From assembly GCF_036321535.1 (NCBI RefSeq), contig NC_087436.1:67830001-67894000 (forward strand): 64,000 bases of DNA, in the 5' to 3' direction. The notes beneath the pieces were generated by a model. The model saw nothing but the letters and a program-made list of their open reading frames with translations. It had not been told where the DNA came from and searched no databases. Both the position numbers and the translations under genes were made by a program. Positions 12,740-25,430 of this stretch are shown in pieces. This DNA is from Camelus dromedarius. Taxonomy: Eukaryota. Within the stretch, counting starts at the first letter, position 1. Each line of letters starts with the position of its first letter.

Positions 12740-13700
12740 CAAAAAACTTTGTGTTATAATTATCATCTAATTCACCCTTTTAAAATGTGTAATTTGATGG
12801 GTTTTGGCTCAGAGTTGTGCAACCACAAATAACTGAAGGACATTTTCATCCCTTCAAAAAGAAACTCTATAGGTTTGGGGGCTGGTCTGGAACCAGAAGC
12901 ACATGGGCTGCCAGGCTGGCCCTTCTTAGGCTTTTCAGGAAACATGGAAGCAGAATGGATAGTTGCAGTCTAAGCATGCTTGTGACAGTTCCATAGTTCC
13001 TTGTGAGAGGAAATGCTACTGGGAATTATCTTCCTCTTCAATTATCCTTTCCTTCTCCCTTACCCTAGGTACAATACAATGTTTGTGACTTCCTATCTCC
13101 AGAAGGAAAAAAAAAACAAACTCTCTTATCAGCCACTAATCATTCCACTCCACTTCAATCCCTGGCAACCACTAACCCACTTTCTGTCTCTATGGATTTG
13201 CCTGTTCTGGACTTGCCATACAAATTGAATCATACAGTATGTGGTCTTTTGGGACTGGCTCCTTCATTTGACATAATATATCCAGTTTCAGACATGTTGA
13301 TACATGCTACAACACTTTTTTCCTTTCTATTGCCAAATAATATTTCATTGTATGGATATAACACATTTTACCTATCTACTAATTAGTTGATAGGCATTTC
13401 AGTTGTTTCTAGATCATGACTATTATAAATAATGCTGCTATGAACATTTGTATACAGATGTTTGTATGGATGTATGTTTTCAATTATCTTGGTTACATAC
13501 CTAAAAGTGGAATCACTGTGTCGGTACAATAACTCTGTTTAACATTTTGAGTAACAGCTAAAATATTTTCCAATATGGCTAAAGTATTTTACAGTTCCAC
13601 CAATAATGCATGAAGGTTTCAATTTCTCCAAGTCTCTCCAACATTTGTTGGTCTTTTAATCATCCCAGTGGGTGTAAAATGCTATCTTAATGTGGTTTCA
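12740..13700 (-). mobile_element. L1MB-like 3' region, interrupted by an insert at 12869-13111
   Basis: ccctggcaaccactaacccactttctgtctctatggatttgcctgttctggac, aataatgctgctatgaacatttg, cctaaaagtggaat motifs. Confidence 0.85.
12869..13111 (+). pseudogene. Short A-tailed retroposed insert of unidentified origin (possible processed 3'UTR fragment)
   Basis: 13-bp TSD aaaaagaaactct (12856-12868) and aaaaacaaactct (13112-13124), A-tail, AATACA variant signal about 30 nt upstream, no resemblance to the host L1. Confidence 0.6.
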
Positions 13701-14162
13701 GACCACTGATACAGGACTGAGATTACAAACAAATTTTAGAGGAATACCATCAGATAATGTAACAATAACGCACAATGAGAAAACAAAGGAATTATGTCTT
13801 GTTAGTCACTCGCCATGAATACACTGCCCTTTTGATGAATGATCAAGAATATATTCAGTTCCATGAAGACACACTTCTAAACTGCAGGAACTACAAAAAG
13901 CTCTGAAATGGTACTATTTTCCTCATTTTAAAAACTCTAGGAAAACTATGGTCTATTTGGGTAAAACCAAGCTTTTCAATGCTCTTAAAACTATGAACTT
14001 TTCAATAGAATTTACAATTTTACATTGGAGGCAGCTTCAGAAACAAAATTACTTCAATTACACTTAGCAGATTTAATTTTTTTAAAAAGTGTAACTGAGC
14101 AAGCTGTAAGTTACCATTTCTTAAACACTTTGTAGGGTATACAGAATTTTATTTATCCTTAT

Positions 14163-14410
14163 TGCTGTTAGTTTCTTATGGCTGCTATAACATTATCAAA
14201 TTTAGTAGCTTAAAACACACATTTATTCTCTTACAGTTCATTAGCCCAGAGTCTTTCACTGGGTGGAAATCAAGATGTCAGCAGGGCTTCATTCCTTCTA
14301 GAGATTCTAGAGGAGAATTTGTTCCCTACCTCATCCGGCATCTGGTGGCTGCCAACATTCCTTGCCTTGTGGCCCCATCACTCTAATCTCTGCCCCTGGG
14401 GTTACATCTA
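14163..14410 (-). mobile_element. MLT1 (ERVL-MaLR) LTR fragment
   Basis: ttagtttcttatggctgctataaca...atttattctcttacagttc...aaatcaagatgtcagcagggc...tggtggctgccaacattccttg. Confidence 0.85.
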
Positions 14411-14935
14411 ACTACCTGCATGGCTGTAGATCCAGATATACTATTTTGTAACTAGAGATGCACATGTTATATTTTAAACTTCATTAAATGGTAATGAGAA
14501 ATCATTTCATATTTCTGTGACCTGGTTTTCTTAGTCTCAATCAACTTCCTACTAGAATGAATGTATATTACTGTCTTTGGAAGTTATTATAAAACCTTTG
14601 TGGAAAGTGGGACAAAACTATAATAATTATATCATTTCAAGAAAAATTTATGACCTCTTTTTTAACCCTGTGCCAAGTATTACGGTCAGTGATGATGTAA
14701 AGATCACTAGCGAATTAGTGTCCAATGGAGAGACAGACATGGAAACAGGTATGCAGACTAGAATGTAATGAGGAACATCTGGGTAAGGCTGAAAGAGGCT
14801 CACACAAGCTTAACAGAGTGTTACCAGCTGACCCAGGCCTGACAGATTGTAGACAAGAAATAAATATCTATTGGGTGAGTGAGTGGACAATTCATACAAA
14901 GAGATTTTTGAAAATTTTTTTAAAGGAAAACTTCC

Positions 14936-15003
14936 ATTGACTTTGCCAGTATCCAATTAAACGTAAAATTCCTAAGAAAAGGAATAATACTGGCAAAGTC
15001 AAT
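14936..15003. repeat. Perfect 17-bp inverted repeat with 34-nt spacer
   Basis: attgactttgccagtat (14936-14952) and atactggcaaagtcaat (14987-15003) are exact reverse complements. Confidence 0.95.
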
Positions 15004-15064
15004 AATAGTTTGTTGATTCAAATAGGAGATATATTTCCACCAATTAAATTATTTGATATAATTA

Positions 15065-15760
15065 GGACACTGTAAGACCCTTAAATATTATTCAGAGCCC
15101 AGAAGAGTTTTTGTAGGATGTAATTCTTAATATTTACTCTATTAGAAATTCAAACTAAGAACTCTAATTTATTTACTTAATGATTTTAAACAACAACGAA
15201 AACATTGCATATTAACATAAGTAACATTTTTTATAGAAAATGATACTTTCCAAAACAAAGTAAGTTAATGTGTAGAGGAAATATCTTTAATGTACAAATT
15301 CAGATAGTAGAATTTTCCTATCTGCTTCTGTACCTAATGTGCTGAAGGTTTTTTGGTATTGTTTAAGTATATAAAGAAAATTCATGCAGATATTTAGTTG
15401 GAAAACAATTATACTATTTCAGATAATTGTGGGAATATTTGATAATACACTAAAATGTGCAAGTAATAGTTTCTTAAAGATTAGTTGCCAGGACAATGAC
15501 TAGTTTAGCCTACACATTACAGAACTGCACAAGAGCTTTTCCTCCAGACGCTTGCCCCTGCTGTTCAGCAGAGCACATTGCTGTGTCCTTACCATTTCAT
15601 TCTGCAGAATATCAGGAAGAAGTATATTTACAGGTTGAGCTTTAATTAAATAATTTTTCTAGTACTTCAAAGATATTAAGTGAACTGGCTTTTCTTTTCC
15701 CTGCAAGCGTGTGGCAATGAAGAACACAATGACCGTAAAGATAGTGTGGTGCCATTGAAA
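15065..15760. mobile_element. Charlie1-like hAT DNA transposon remnant
   Basis: atatttactctattagaaattcaaactaaga, tttcagataattgtggg, aatagtttcttaaagattagttgc, gtggcaatgaagaacacaatgac motifs. Confidence 0.7.
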
Positions 15761-18700
15761 TGGTTTTGGAAGTCCCCTCGAATTAGAAACCTGCTGGATT
15801 AGTACTTGAGTTATTAATTGAATTATCAAAGTCTAGCAATATCACTCAAGAGACTACTGAAATATCTTTATGTAAAAAGTAACTATGTAGCTACTTCTCT
15901 ATCAAGAAAATAAAGGGCCGTGTTTTCTCATCCCACCAAACTGACATTACCAAAGTAAGCCCTATACTCACAGAAGAGCCCTCAGACACTTGCAACCCAC
16001 TGCAGACAGTGAACAGTATCTTCCACATACTGAGTCAATAAATACTAGTCGAATGAATAAAATTTTTTAAATGTCAATTAGAATTCAAAAATGAACTGCT
16101 AGAAAAGGAAACTGACAAAATTGTAAAATGATACTGAAATCTAAAAACAGGAAAGAGAATTTTAAGAGATATTTAGAAGACTTCAAAAGTATAGCTAGTA
16201 GTCTATTAGACTTAGTGCTACCTAATCACTTGGGGAAATGCGTTTTATTACAACAGGAGAATCTTATTCTTACTTTGGATAACTTGTCAAAAATACTAAA
16301 ACATTGTTTATTCTACTGAAAATATTTTTACTCAAAATCTTTGAAATTGAAGAAAATAGAAAAGATTAGTACTCAAAAAAAGGTATTCAATCAACAGAAA
16401 AACTCTTTTTGAGTATTCCAGGTAACTGAAGATTAATTTGAAATCTCATTTCCCAATCTATTCATTCCCTGCATAGCCTGTTAACTGTGTAAGGAATCTT
16501 TTTGAAATCTGAACACAGCTGTCAGTGCTATTTCACTTCTTTAGGGGAGTTTTGAGAAAGGAAAGATCTTCAAAAGTTACTGTTTCACTTGGTATGGATT
16601 TAAATATACAGAACACAGAACTGAACATTTACAGAAGAAGTTAGACTATTTCTCAGCTCTTTATTATAGAGTTGTTTCAGTTCTTTGAAGTGAATTATAA
16701 GTACATATTAAATTGTAAATTACAAATCACGTTTAAAACCTGTTATAAACACTTTATGATCACTTGTTATTTAAAATACGTATGTCCTTTCCCAAATCAA
16801 TTTAATAAAAATAGTTGAAAGCTGATGATAGATTAAGAATCTGAGAGTTGATATAAAGAAAGATCAGTGAAATTACCTACCATCACATGTCAAAATTAGA
16901 GAACATACTGAATTTACAACTCTTGAGCTCCAGATCTAAGTGCAAATTATTAAATAAAAAGTGTTTCCATTTAGTTGAGAGCTCAATGGTCTCTCATATT
17001 ATCTTAAGTGAATATACCTTGTCTGAATTATCATTAGATTTTTATGTATCCTCCAGTTTCTGTAGAGAAAATTAAAATGCTAAGTGATTGCACATAATGT
17101 AAATTCAAATATGACAAAGTATTACTAAAATTTAGGATGTCAATACAAACCACTTTGAATTTGTATTTTAATGTCCTTATGATAGCTCAAATACCAAAAA
17201 TATTATTAATATCCTCTAGTAAAGAAAAATACATTTTATAATTATTTTGTGAAACCAGTCCTACAAACAGGATCGACTGGTATAACTGCAAATGTAATAT
17301 GAACTTACAAAGATCACAAGTACTGTACACCAGAAAATAGAAACTATTGCTAAATGTACCACCTGAATATTTTCTATATTATTTCACATTTCTATATATC
17401 ATTTCCCAGCTAAATTTAATTGGCTGTTTGCCACAAACATTTCTTTTAAACTGCAGTTTTACTATTATAAATCTTCATTTCTTATAATGTGAAGACACCA
17501 ATAACAGCACGAGATTTCTTTCTTTCTCGTGTATTGTAAAGTGAATCTTTTGCATGTTGAAGACTACCTGGAGCAGATGTTACCCAAACTGAAAACTGCT
17601 ATTTCCCAAGTCAGCATTAAAATTTAGCCTCACACATATCCCTGTGGAAAACACACCCAAACATTCTTCTCAGAGGACACCGAAGCCAAGGCTTAGTTTT
17701 ACTTTAACCACATCAGCAGCAGTAAGTAAAATATGTGGTCACAAAGAGTTATCAGCAGCAAAAACTGGTTCAAAAGCCTTCTACACAATTCTCTGCACAC
17801 AGCAATTTGTAGATTATCGCTAAGAACACTCCAGGTGACTTTCCCTGAAGAGCTTTCTTGGAACATGAGAAGTGGCATGAGAATCTCAGCAAGAGTGTCC
17901 CGCCTAAGGTATCTAATCTCTCAAAGCACTTTAGAAAAGGCAGATACAACCATTCCATTGTGGCCGGTGCTTTTTCACTCTTCGTGTGACTAAAATGCCA
18001 TGTTATGCCCTATTCTGACACTCTCAGGCATAATTGTTAGACAATCCATAGTCATATAAAAGTGTCTTCTGTAGCCAGCAGGAACCCAATAACAAATTGG
18101 AGACTAGTTTAAAGTACCGTAATCTTGAATATTAAGAATCCTAAAATTAAGGGCCAGGTTCCTTTGTATTCTAAAATGCCATTGTTGATGATAATTGGCA
18201 TCTGTTAAGGCTTAAAAGGTACCAGGCACTTTGATAAGGAATTTTCTATTTAAGAAAACCTACCTAATTCCTGGCATAAACAATGATAGAAGTAAAATTA
18301 GGATCACCTTCTTAAGTAAAACACTGGAGGCTTAGAGCTTAAACTATATGTACAAGTTCTCATAACTAACAAGGATATTCTAATGCCTAAGAATTCACAG
18401 TGAACCAGTATATTCTTTAACGGATCAATAAGAATTCAGTTCTTAAGCTCCATCATGAAATGAGAAAGGCAAGGATATGTTATAAAAGTGATCATTCAAC
18501 TGTCTATGCTATAGGGTTAAGTTATAAGAATCCTCTACTAGAGAATTAATAAAGCTACAGTTATGGTTATGGATCAGGGTGTATTAAGTAGAAAATATTT
18601 ATTTTATGCCAGGCATAGTGTTATTTGCTGAGAATACACTGCTAAGCAAAATAGGGAGGCACTTTGCATTCATGATATTTGCTATCCAGACAAGTCCTCT

Positions 18701-20234
18701 GTGTGACATGAGCTGTAATAAAAAGAATTTAAAAACAGGGTATCGGTGGATTAGTGGAAAAGGCAAGTTTCCACATTCTTTAGTTTTGTAGTCTCCTAGA
18801 ACCATTTGTACATTTGTATGTGTGGCTATTCTTGGTCACTAGCTACTCAAGTTTCAGTGAATTCCCTGGGATTGCAAGGGCCAATTTTCCAATTTATAAA
18901 TCATGAGGACCAGTTATTCTTCACTCTGCAACCACCTATCTGCAGGCCATTTTCCTGATCATATTTATCTACAACAAAAACGAAATTGAAGGTCAATCAA
19001 CAAAGTCATCTTCCTTTTTTTTTTTTTTTTTTTTTGACACTTCTGGTCAAACACTGATGGGAAAGAGAATTAAGAATACTAGTTGAAAGAGCTTGAGAAT
19101 TGTTAATGTTTTTGTAGATTGGATTTATTGTTGTTTCTCTTGCCACTATTGAACTATTAGATAAAGAGAGGGCCATTCCCTGTTCAAGATAAAAGATAGT
19201 GTGTTCAATTCTGCAATATTCAATAGATCAAATGAAGATTAGAATCTAATTTTCAGCTATATAACTACTATTTTAATAAAAGGAGACCTCAGAAGAATGT
19301 CAACTAGTATAGTATAAACAGACCAAGCTTGAATCACCGGACAACACTATGTCTTGTGCTCATTCAAAAAAATTCTGGTCACAGAGACAGATAGGTGTTT
19401 AGCAGGTACCCAGAGAACTAAGGGGAAAAAAACACCCACATTTGCTGAAAAGATTAAATTTATGGTCATGACATACAAAAGTGAAAGAAATACCGAATGA
19501 GACACAGGTGTCACAATTTCTATGGCTTTCGCTGATGGTATCATACTGGGATGGGTAGTGTTTAGCACTGTGTTGGTGATAAACATAGTTTATACACTTC
19601 CCTGCATTTAACTTGCAATTTCTTCTGTAATAGCTATAATTTTCAGTGCATTGAGTGCTATTCAAGTGACAAGGGGATTGTGAGTGGAAGCATGCACTCT
19701 TCTAAAATGCTGCAAGATTTTTTTTTAACCTTTACAGTTTTCAAGTACTTAGGAGCACGTAATGTTTATTAACCTACTGAAATAAGTTAAATACCTTAAT
19801 TGCTCCTGCAAACACTCCTCATCTGAAGCACCAACTTTGTTACATGTTCTTCCCACCAGTCTCCTCAGCAACAATACCAAGTTCTTCACAAGGTCTTACG
19901 TATCAGAATGTGATGCCATTTTGGAAAACGCATCTGAAGCCAGTAATGTCTAAAATTTTTCCAAAAAACCATTATGGAAACATACAGGGATAATAAAAAA
20001 TGAACATTCAATCTCAAGAATCTTTTAAATGGAAAGATTATTCTCTTTAGATTTCTACAGAAACAGTATACATCTCAGTGGATCTTCCTTTACTATCAGC
20101 AATAATTTGGCATTTATGTAGTTACTCCATTTTTTAACATATACAAACTGCTGTGTGTACGTTTCATTCTACTAAAAGTTAACATTATTTAGTCAAATTA
20201 CAGCTTCAGGGACACTCAGCTACTAGAAGGCATT

Positions 20235-20990
20235 TTTTGACTCCTCCGTCTCTCCTACACTACAATCAGCCAATCAAGTCCTTGTCTGTTCTACCTCCAC
20301 CTGATCTCTCTAATCTCATCTACTTCTCTCACTCTTAATGCCACCTACCTCGTCTAAGCCATCATCACATCTAGATGTCTGGGTAACTCCTAAGTCTTTG
20401 CCATCTTTTTATTCTTAGTCTGTTCCTACCCAGTTATCAGTGAGGGATAACATAAATAAAATCACATTATGCAAACTGCTTAAAGCCTTTAATTTTTCAC
20501 TATTATGTCTAGAATCAATAAAAATTCTTTCCGTAACTTACAAATCCCTGAATGATGTTGTTTGAGCCTTTCTTACAAAACTCCTATCATGCCAGTCCTC
20601 CAACCCATTATAGTCCAAAATAACAACCTTCTGAAATGCCTTCGAACAAATCATCTCTCGTAAATTAAGGTATTTGCCCTTGTTGCTCAAGAACTTTCTT
20701 CCTTTATCTATTAGTATAACATTTCTTCTCATCCTTTACGTACAAGGTTAATTGGCAATTTCTTAGAAATTTTGTTTCAGAATAAAATAATGCCTTATAA
20801 TCTGATCTAAAATAATCAGATCTAAAATAATCTCTTCTTAGTATTTAAAATATGTTCTTATTTGTCAATATCCCTTGCTAGATTAAACATTTCCATGAAA
20901 GCATAAAAGCATATCTATGTTTTTCCTCTGTTACAAAACTGGCCAAGTGCTTAACACCACAGGCACTTCATTAAGTATGTTAATTCAATA
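20235..20990 (+). mobile_element. L2 LINE remnant
   Basis: gactcctccgtctctcc..caagtccttgtctgttctacctcc...gccatcatcacatctaga, with a decayed tail near 20950-20990. Confidence 0.7.
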
Positions 20991-23900
20991 AAAGAGCAAG
21001 TAAACCAATACCCATAGCCTTTAAGTACTGTATGGGTTTTCTTTAAACAGGGAAAATGATCATCCACATAATAAAGAACACTAAAAGAAAACACACAAGT
21101 TTCAAAAAAAGCTTGTTGATTATTTTGTTAAACACCATAAGAAAAACTGGAAGAGTAAGGATAATAGTTAACATAGTTCAGGTATTCTACATGTTACTAT
21201 TTGGATTCTAAAACTCCAAAGAGCAAAATTTAAAATTAATGTTAAAAGATCTCATCATCATTCACATTTTTTTTTTAATCTGTAAGGTCCCCAAAAGATT
21301 TCATAACTTGCCCAAAGTCATAGGGCCAGTAAATGTTAGAATCAGTCCTTATGCCTGGATAATCTAATATTGGCACCTCCAATCTTGCTGTTTTTAACCA
21401 AAGTGAACACCTTCATTTTGATTACAATGGCACTTCTTTCATGAATTGTTAAAATTGTTTTAAAGGTCTCCTGAATATTTAAAAGTCAGTAATGCCTACT
21501 GATATACATGGATACTTTTATTCCACAAACTTCTTCTACATTTATCATTTTTATTTCTGTTTAGTCAGCTTTACTCATTAACAGTCTAAATGAAAGAACA
21601 GAGACTATTTTCTAACAAAATATTAAATACCTTGCCTGATGTATACATGTACATATATATTTATCTATCACCTCAAATTAAGAGTTTTAAAATAATTTTT
21701 CTGCAGTACTTTATACTCTGAATAATCTCACTAACAATTCCAAAATTATAGACTAGAATAAAAATATTTCTGTATTTAACTACAAAACTTTGTTTTGTAG
21801 CAGTTTTACACATCATGAATATTGAAATATACCTACAGGATCAGTTTCAACAAAATTTATAAAAGTACAAGCACCAATTTTAAAGTTACCTTTATAAAAT
21901 ACAGCAATATATATTCATGTGCATGCTATATCTTAATAAAATTACTCTTCTTGAAGAGACTTTAAAATATTGTTTCATAATTTTAGTTTACTTTTCACAA
22001 CTAATCTCACCAGAAAATTACACATGGACTATTAAAAATTGCACACCCTGAACAACAACATAAGAGTATTTCCCTTTGTTATATGTATTTACTTCACAGG
22101 TAAGAAAGGTCTTTGGGGAAACATATTGGCAGCTTTTCTAGGAAAGACTCCTCTGGGCTGTTTTACTCTGGGTAATAAAATAAATTAAGATACTAATTAG
22201 CTGTGCAAACCTCAGGTGGTAATGTGACCATACAGAGAACAGACTACAGCCTTTTGAAATGTGTGTACAGTTTTGAATGCAATAAAATCAATAATCATTT
22301 CCCTTCATTTAATTACAGCTCCAAGATTATGTATGTTGGCTCTAAATAAAAATATGAATGAAGTTGAATTAGTTTCTTTAAGACTAAACCCATGACTTCT
22401 CCCAGGTGTAGTTTTGTTTTTGACCAGCGAGTCTGCAGGCCAGTGGTTGAGGAGGTTAAAAGCTAAGGGTATTTCTTGGAAATACCTGTCTACCATTAAT
22501 GCAAGAGAGGTTTCATTTTTGCCAATAAATAAAATCAATTCTCTACCTTATCGGCTACTGGTATGGACTGGAGTCACTAAATCCATTTAGCCCATCAACT
22601 GCTTATCTCACAGGAGAGCTGAACTAAATGCTTTTGTTCAAGAGAAAACAAGAAATGAAACCAAGTTTGAAGTTTTAAGATTCTGAATCTAGCCTTAAGC
22701 AGAGCTGATAAGGAGACTACTCATTCTGAGGTATTTCTCATCGGTTTAATTATCGATCCTTGTCTTTCTAGGTGTTGAAAGTCTAGCCACTCCTCCACAT
22801 AGGTGGAATCAAACCCCACTGATAAACAACTCCCCGACTCCCACAACCAAATTTATGGAATATAAGTTACTGAACACTAGGTTACTTCAAGCAACACTTT
22901 ATCAACTCAAAGCTTATTCAAGTGGTAAACAATGAAATTTCACTCCAATCTTTTGTATTTGTAGTCTATAATGCTATACAGATCAACATTAATATGACTT
23001 GTTCCAGCTACCTGACTTGTTCTTGAAGAAAAGACAAAGTCAGAGTTAACCTCTTTCACTCAGTTCTTTGCATATAGGTTCTTGTTTTTATCTTTTGCAA
23101 GTAGAGTGAGAATTTAAGTAGCTCTGAAAAGACCTGGCCCAGAAAACCTCACTAGTATTTCCTGAATTGCTTTACTTCAGTTATGTCTTAATAGCCTTAC
23201 AATAAACAAAAATCCTCTCTTTACAGATTGAGCAGATAGAGGAAACACTTGAAAGCACAGGAAGGATAGGAATCAGGAAGGGAGCATCATTGGAAATCCG
23301 GGTAATTTTGCTTTACATAATTAATATTTGTTTGCCACATGATGTACTGTTTTTTTTTTTATTTTTCTGTTTCTCTCTATTGTTATTTTTTTCCTTTTCT
23401 AAATGCAGCTTCAACTTACCCATAACCCCACCACCACCAAAATATTGTTCTTAACACCTAGGTCTTTATCATCTTAAAAGTCAGTTACCATATATAATCA
23501 AATCCATATTCTACTTAAAAATTTCCAGAAAATACAATCTGATTGTCTCAGTCAAAATGCTGGATCCTCCAAGGGTTACTTAAGAACACACACACACTTC
23601 AATTGAGTAGTTGTCATTTCTCATGCAATTAGCTTGGCCACTTTGTGGACTTTTGATACCAAGAGTGTTCAATAGAAATTTCAACCCAAGTAAGTACTTA
23701 TTAGACACTCCACATGGCACTGTGCAATGTGAAGTTTAAAATAATGGACTTATCCAGTAAGATTCTTACAGTTACAAGACGGACATGAGAAATATGTGTT
23801 ACATATAAAAATTGGAATATATATCAATTATAAGATTTTTGTCAGTATTTCATCTTATATTAAGAAATGACTGGCTATAAACTTTAAAATTCTCTTTCTG

Positions 23901-25289
23901 AGGGGAAAGCAAGGTAATAATGGAAGACCATTTATTAGAAGTGGAAGATTCTATCACGTAATACCATTTTTATTGGCTAAGTGGATTTTTGACATGCTAT
24001 AGTCACTGACTTTCTCTAAAACTCCGAGTCTGTTACTCTATCAAAGGGCATGATGCCTACCAAAATTTAATGAATGCTGACATGGAAATACTATGTTTGT
24101 AAATATGACCACCAAAAGAATTTAACTCACCTCAAATCAAATACAAGAAAGTATGTTAAAGTACAATAATTATAGCAAATGCATTAAAATTAAAGTGAGG
24201 TTTACAAACAAGATGTATTCCTTAAAATCCTTCACAAAGATCGATTATTTGGCTCCAAGCTTATTATCAACAATAAAAAACAGCAGATACAGTTTCTGGA
24301 TTTAGACTGCACAAGTGTGCTAGCTACTCAAAGGAAGCATTACTATTCCCAGGCCCTGGGTCCTAAGATACTACTTGCTTGCATTCTCAGAAAACAGGAT
24401 ATAGTTCAATATGATGAATCTCCTCAACAAGATCTTCTTAGTGCCTACGGTAAGAGGCTGTACTATACTATAAATGAAGTATAGTAACGAGGCTCCCTTT
24501 TCAATCACACCTCAGCACAGGCTGATGCATTATGCCAAAGTTCAGTTCATTAAAAGCAACTGCATTCTGGGAAAAGCAGAGATGTAAAGGGTCCCAAAGA
24601 TGATTGTTCTACAGCTTTTCGACAGTCAAAATAAATCCAAGAAAAGATACACTGTGAGTATTAAAGAACTGACTACGTAATTCCGACAACCTGCCATAAC
24701 CCATTGCTTGCTACCTTCTACATTCATGTGTGATTTGTTAATAAACTTGAGGTTTTATTCTCAGAAAAAAATAACCTATTGAGTGTTTTTTTTCAATATC
24801 ATTTGTCAAATGCAGGCCCTATGTCAGGTCCAGAAGGAGTATGGTTTACATCCTCTATTGTTGGCCAGGAATGCGATGCAGATACTTACCTTGAAACAAT
24901 ATTATCACATGGGGATTGGCCCAGGTTTAAAAAATTAGGCTCTACCCTAAAGTAGCTAAATGATAGCAAACTAATTAACTACCTGCTCTTCCCAAGGAAA
25001 GATACATTTCTGTGATTCAACCTCTGAAATATCTTTAAAATCTTAATATACAGAATTTTATCTTGTACTATTAATATTGTATATCTTACCTCTTTTTCAA
25101 CATGAAAATGGACATAGCCTGCTTATTCAATCAGTATTATTTAGAGCATATTGTATGTAACGCTTTGTAAAAGTCACAAAATACACTTATGTTACAAGTT
25201 ACAGAGAGTAGTGAAATAACTATGACAGGAAGTAGTAATTGCCCCCATGAAAGGATCTAAGAAGTATTACAGGAACTCAAAGAAGTACA

Positions 25290-25430
25290 GCTGATAACAG
25301 CTACCATTTAGTGAGTGCCATGTGTCAGGAACCACTATAAGTATTTTGTGGATATTATCTCACATAATCCTCCCATTCTGCAGATGAGAAAACCAAGACA
25401 CTGATGTGCTACCTAATTTGCCTAAGCATT
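25290..25430 (-). mobile_element. MIR SINE remnant
   Basis: ataacagctaccatttagtgagtgcc...cccattctgcagatgagaaaaccaagac...aatttgcctaag. Confidence 0.8.

Noticed and set aside
16370..16415. 10-bp inverted repeat tactcaaaaa/tttttgagta
   Set aside because: Half is homopolymer, expected by chance in AT-rich DNA.
20803..20832. Short direct duplications (gatctaaaataatc twice; also ttgtcatttccttttagg twice at about 26859-26905)
   Set aside because: Ordinary two-copy slippage duplications inside old repeats, not an array or CRISPR.
24882..24891. atacttacct, U1 5' end or minus-strand donor AAG|GTAAGT
   Set aside because: No further U1 sequence and no credible upstream exon.
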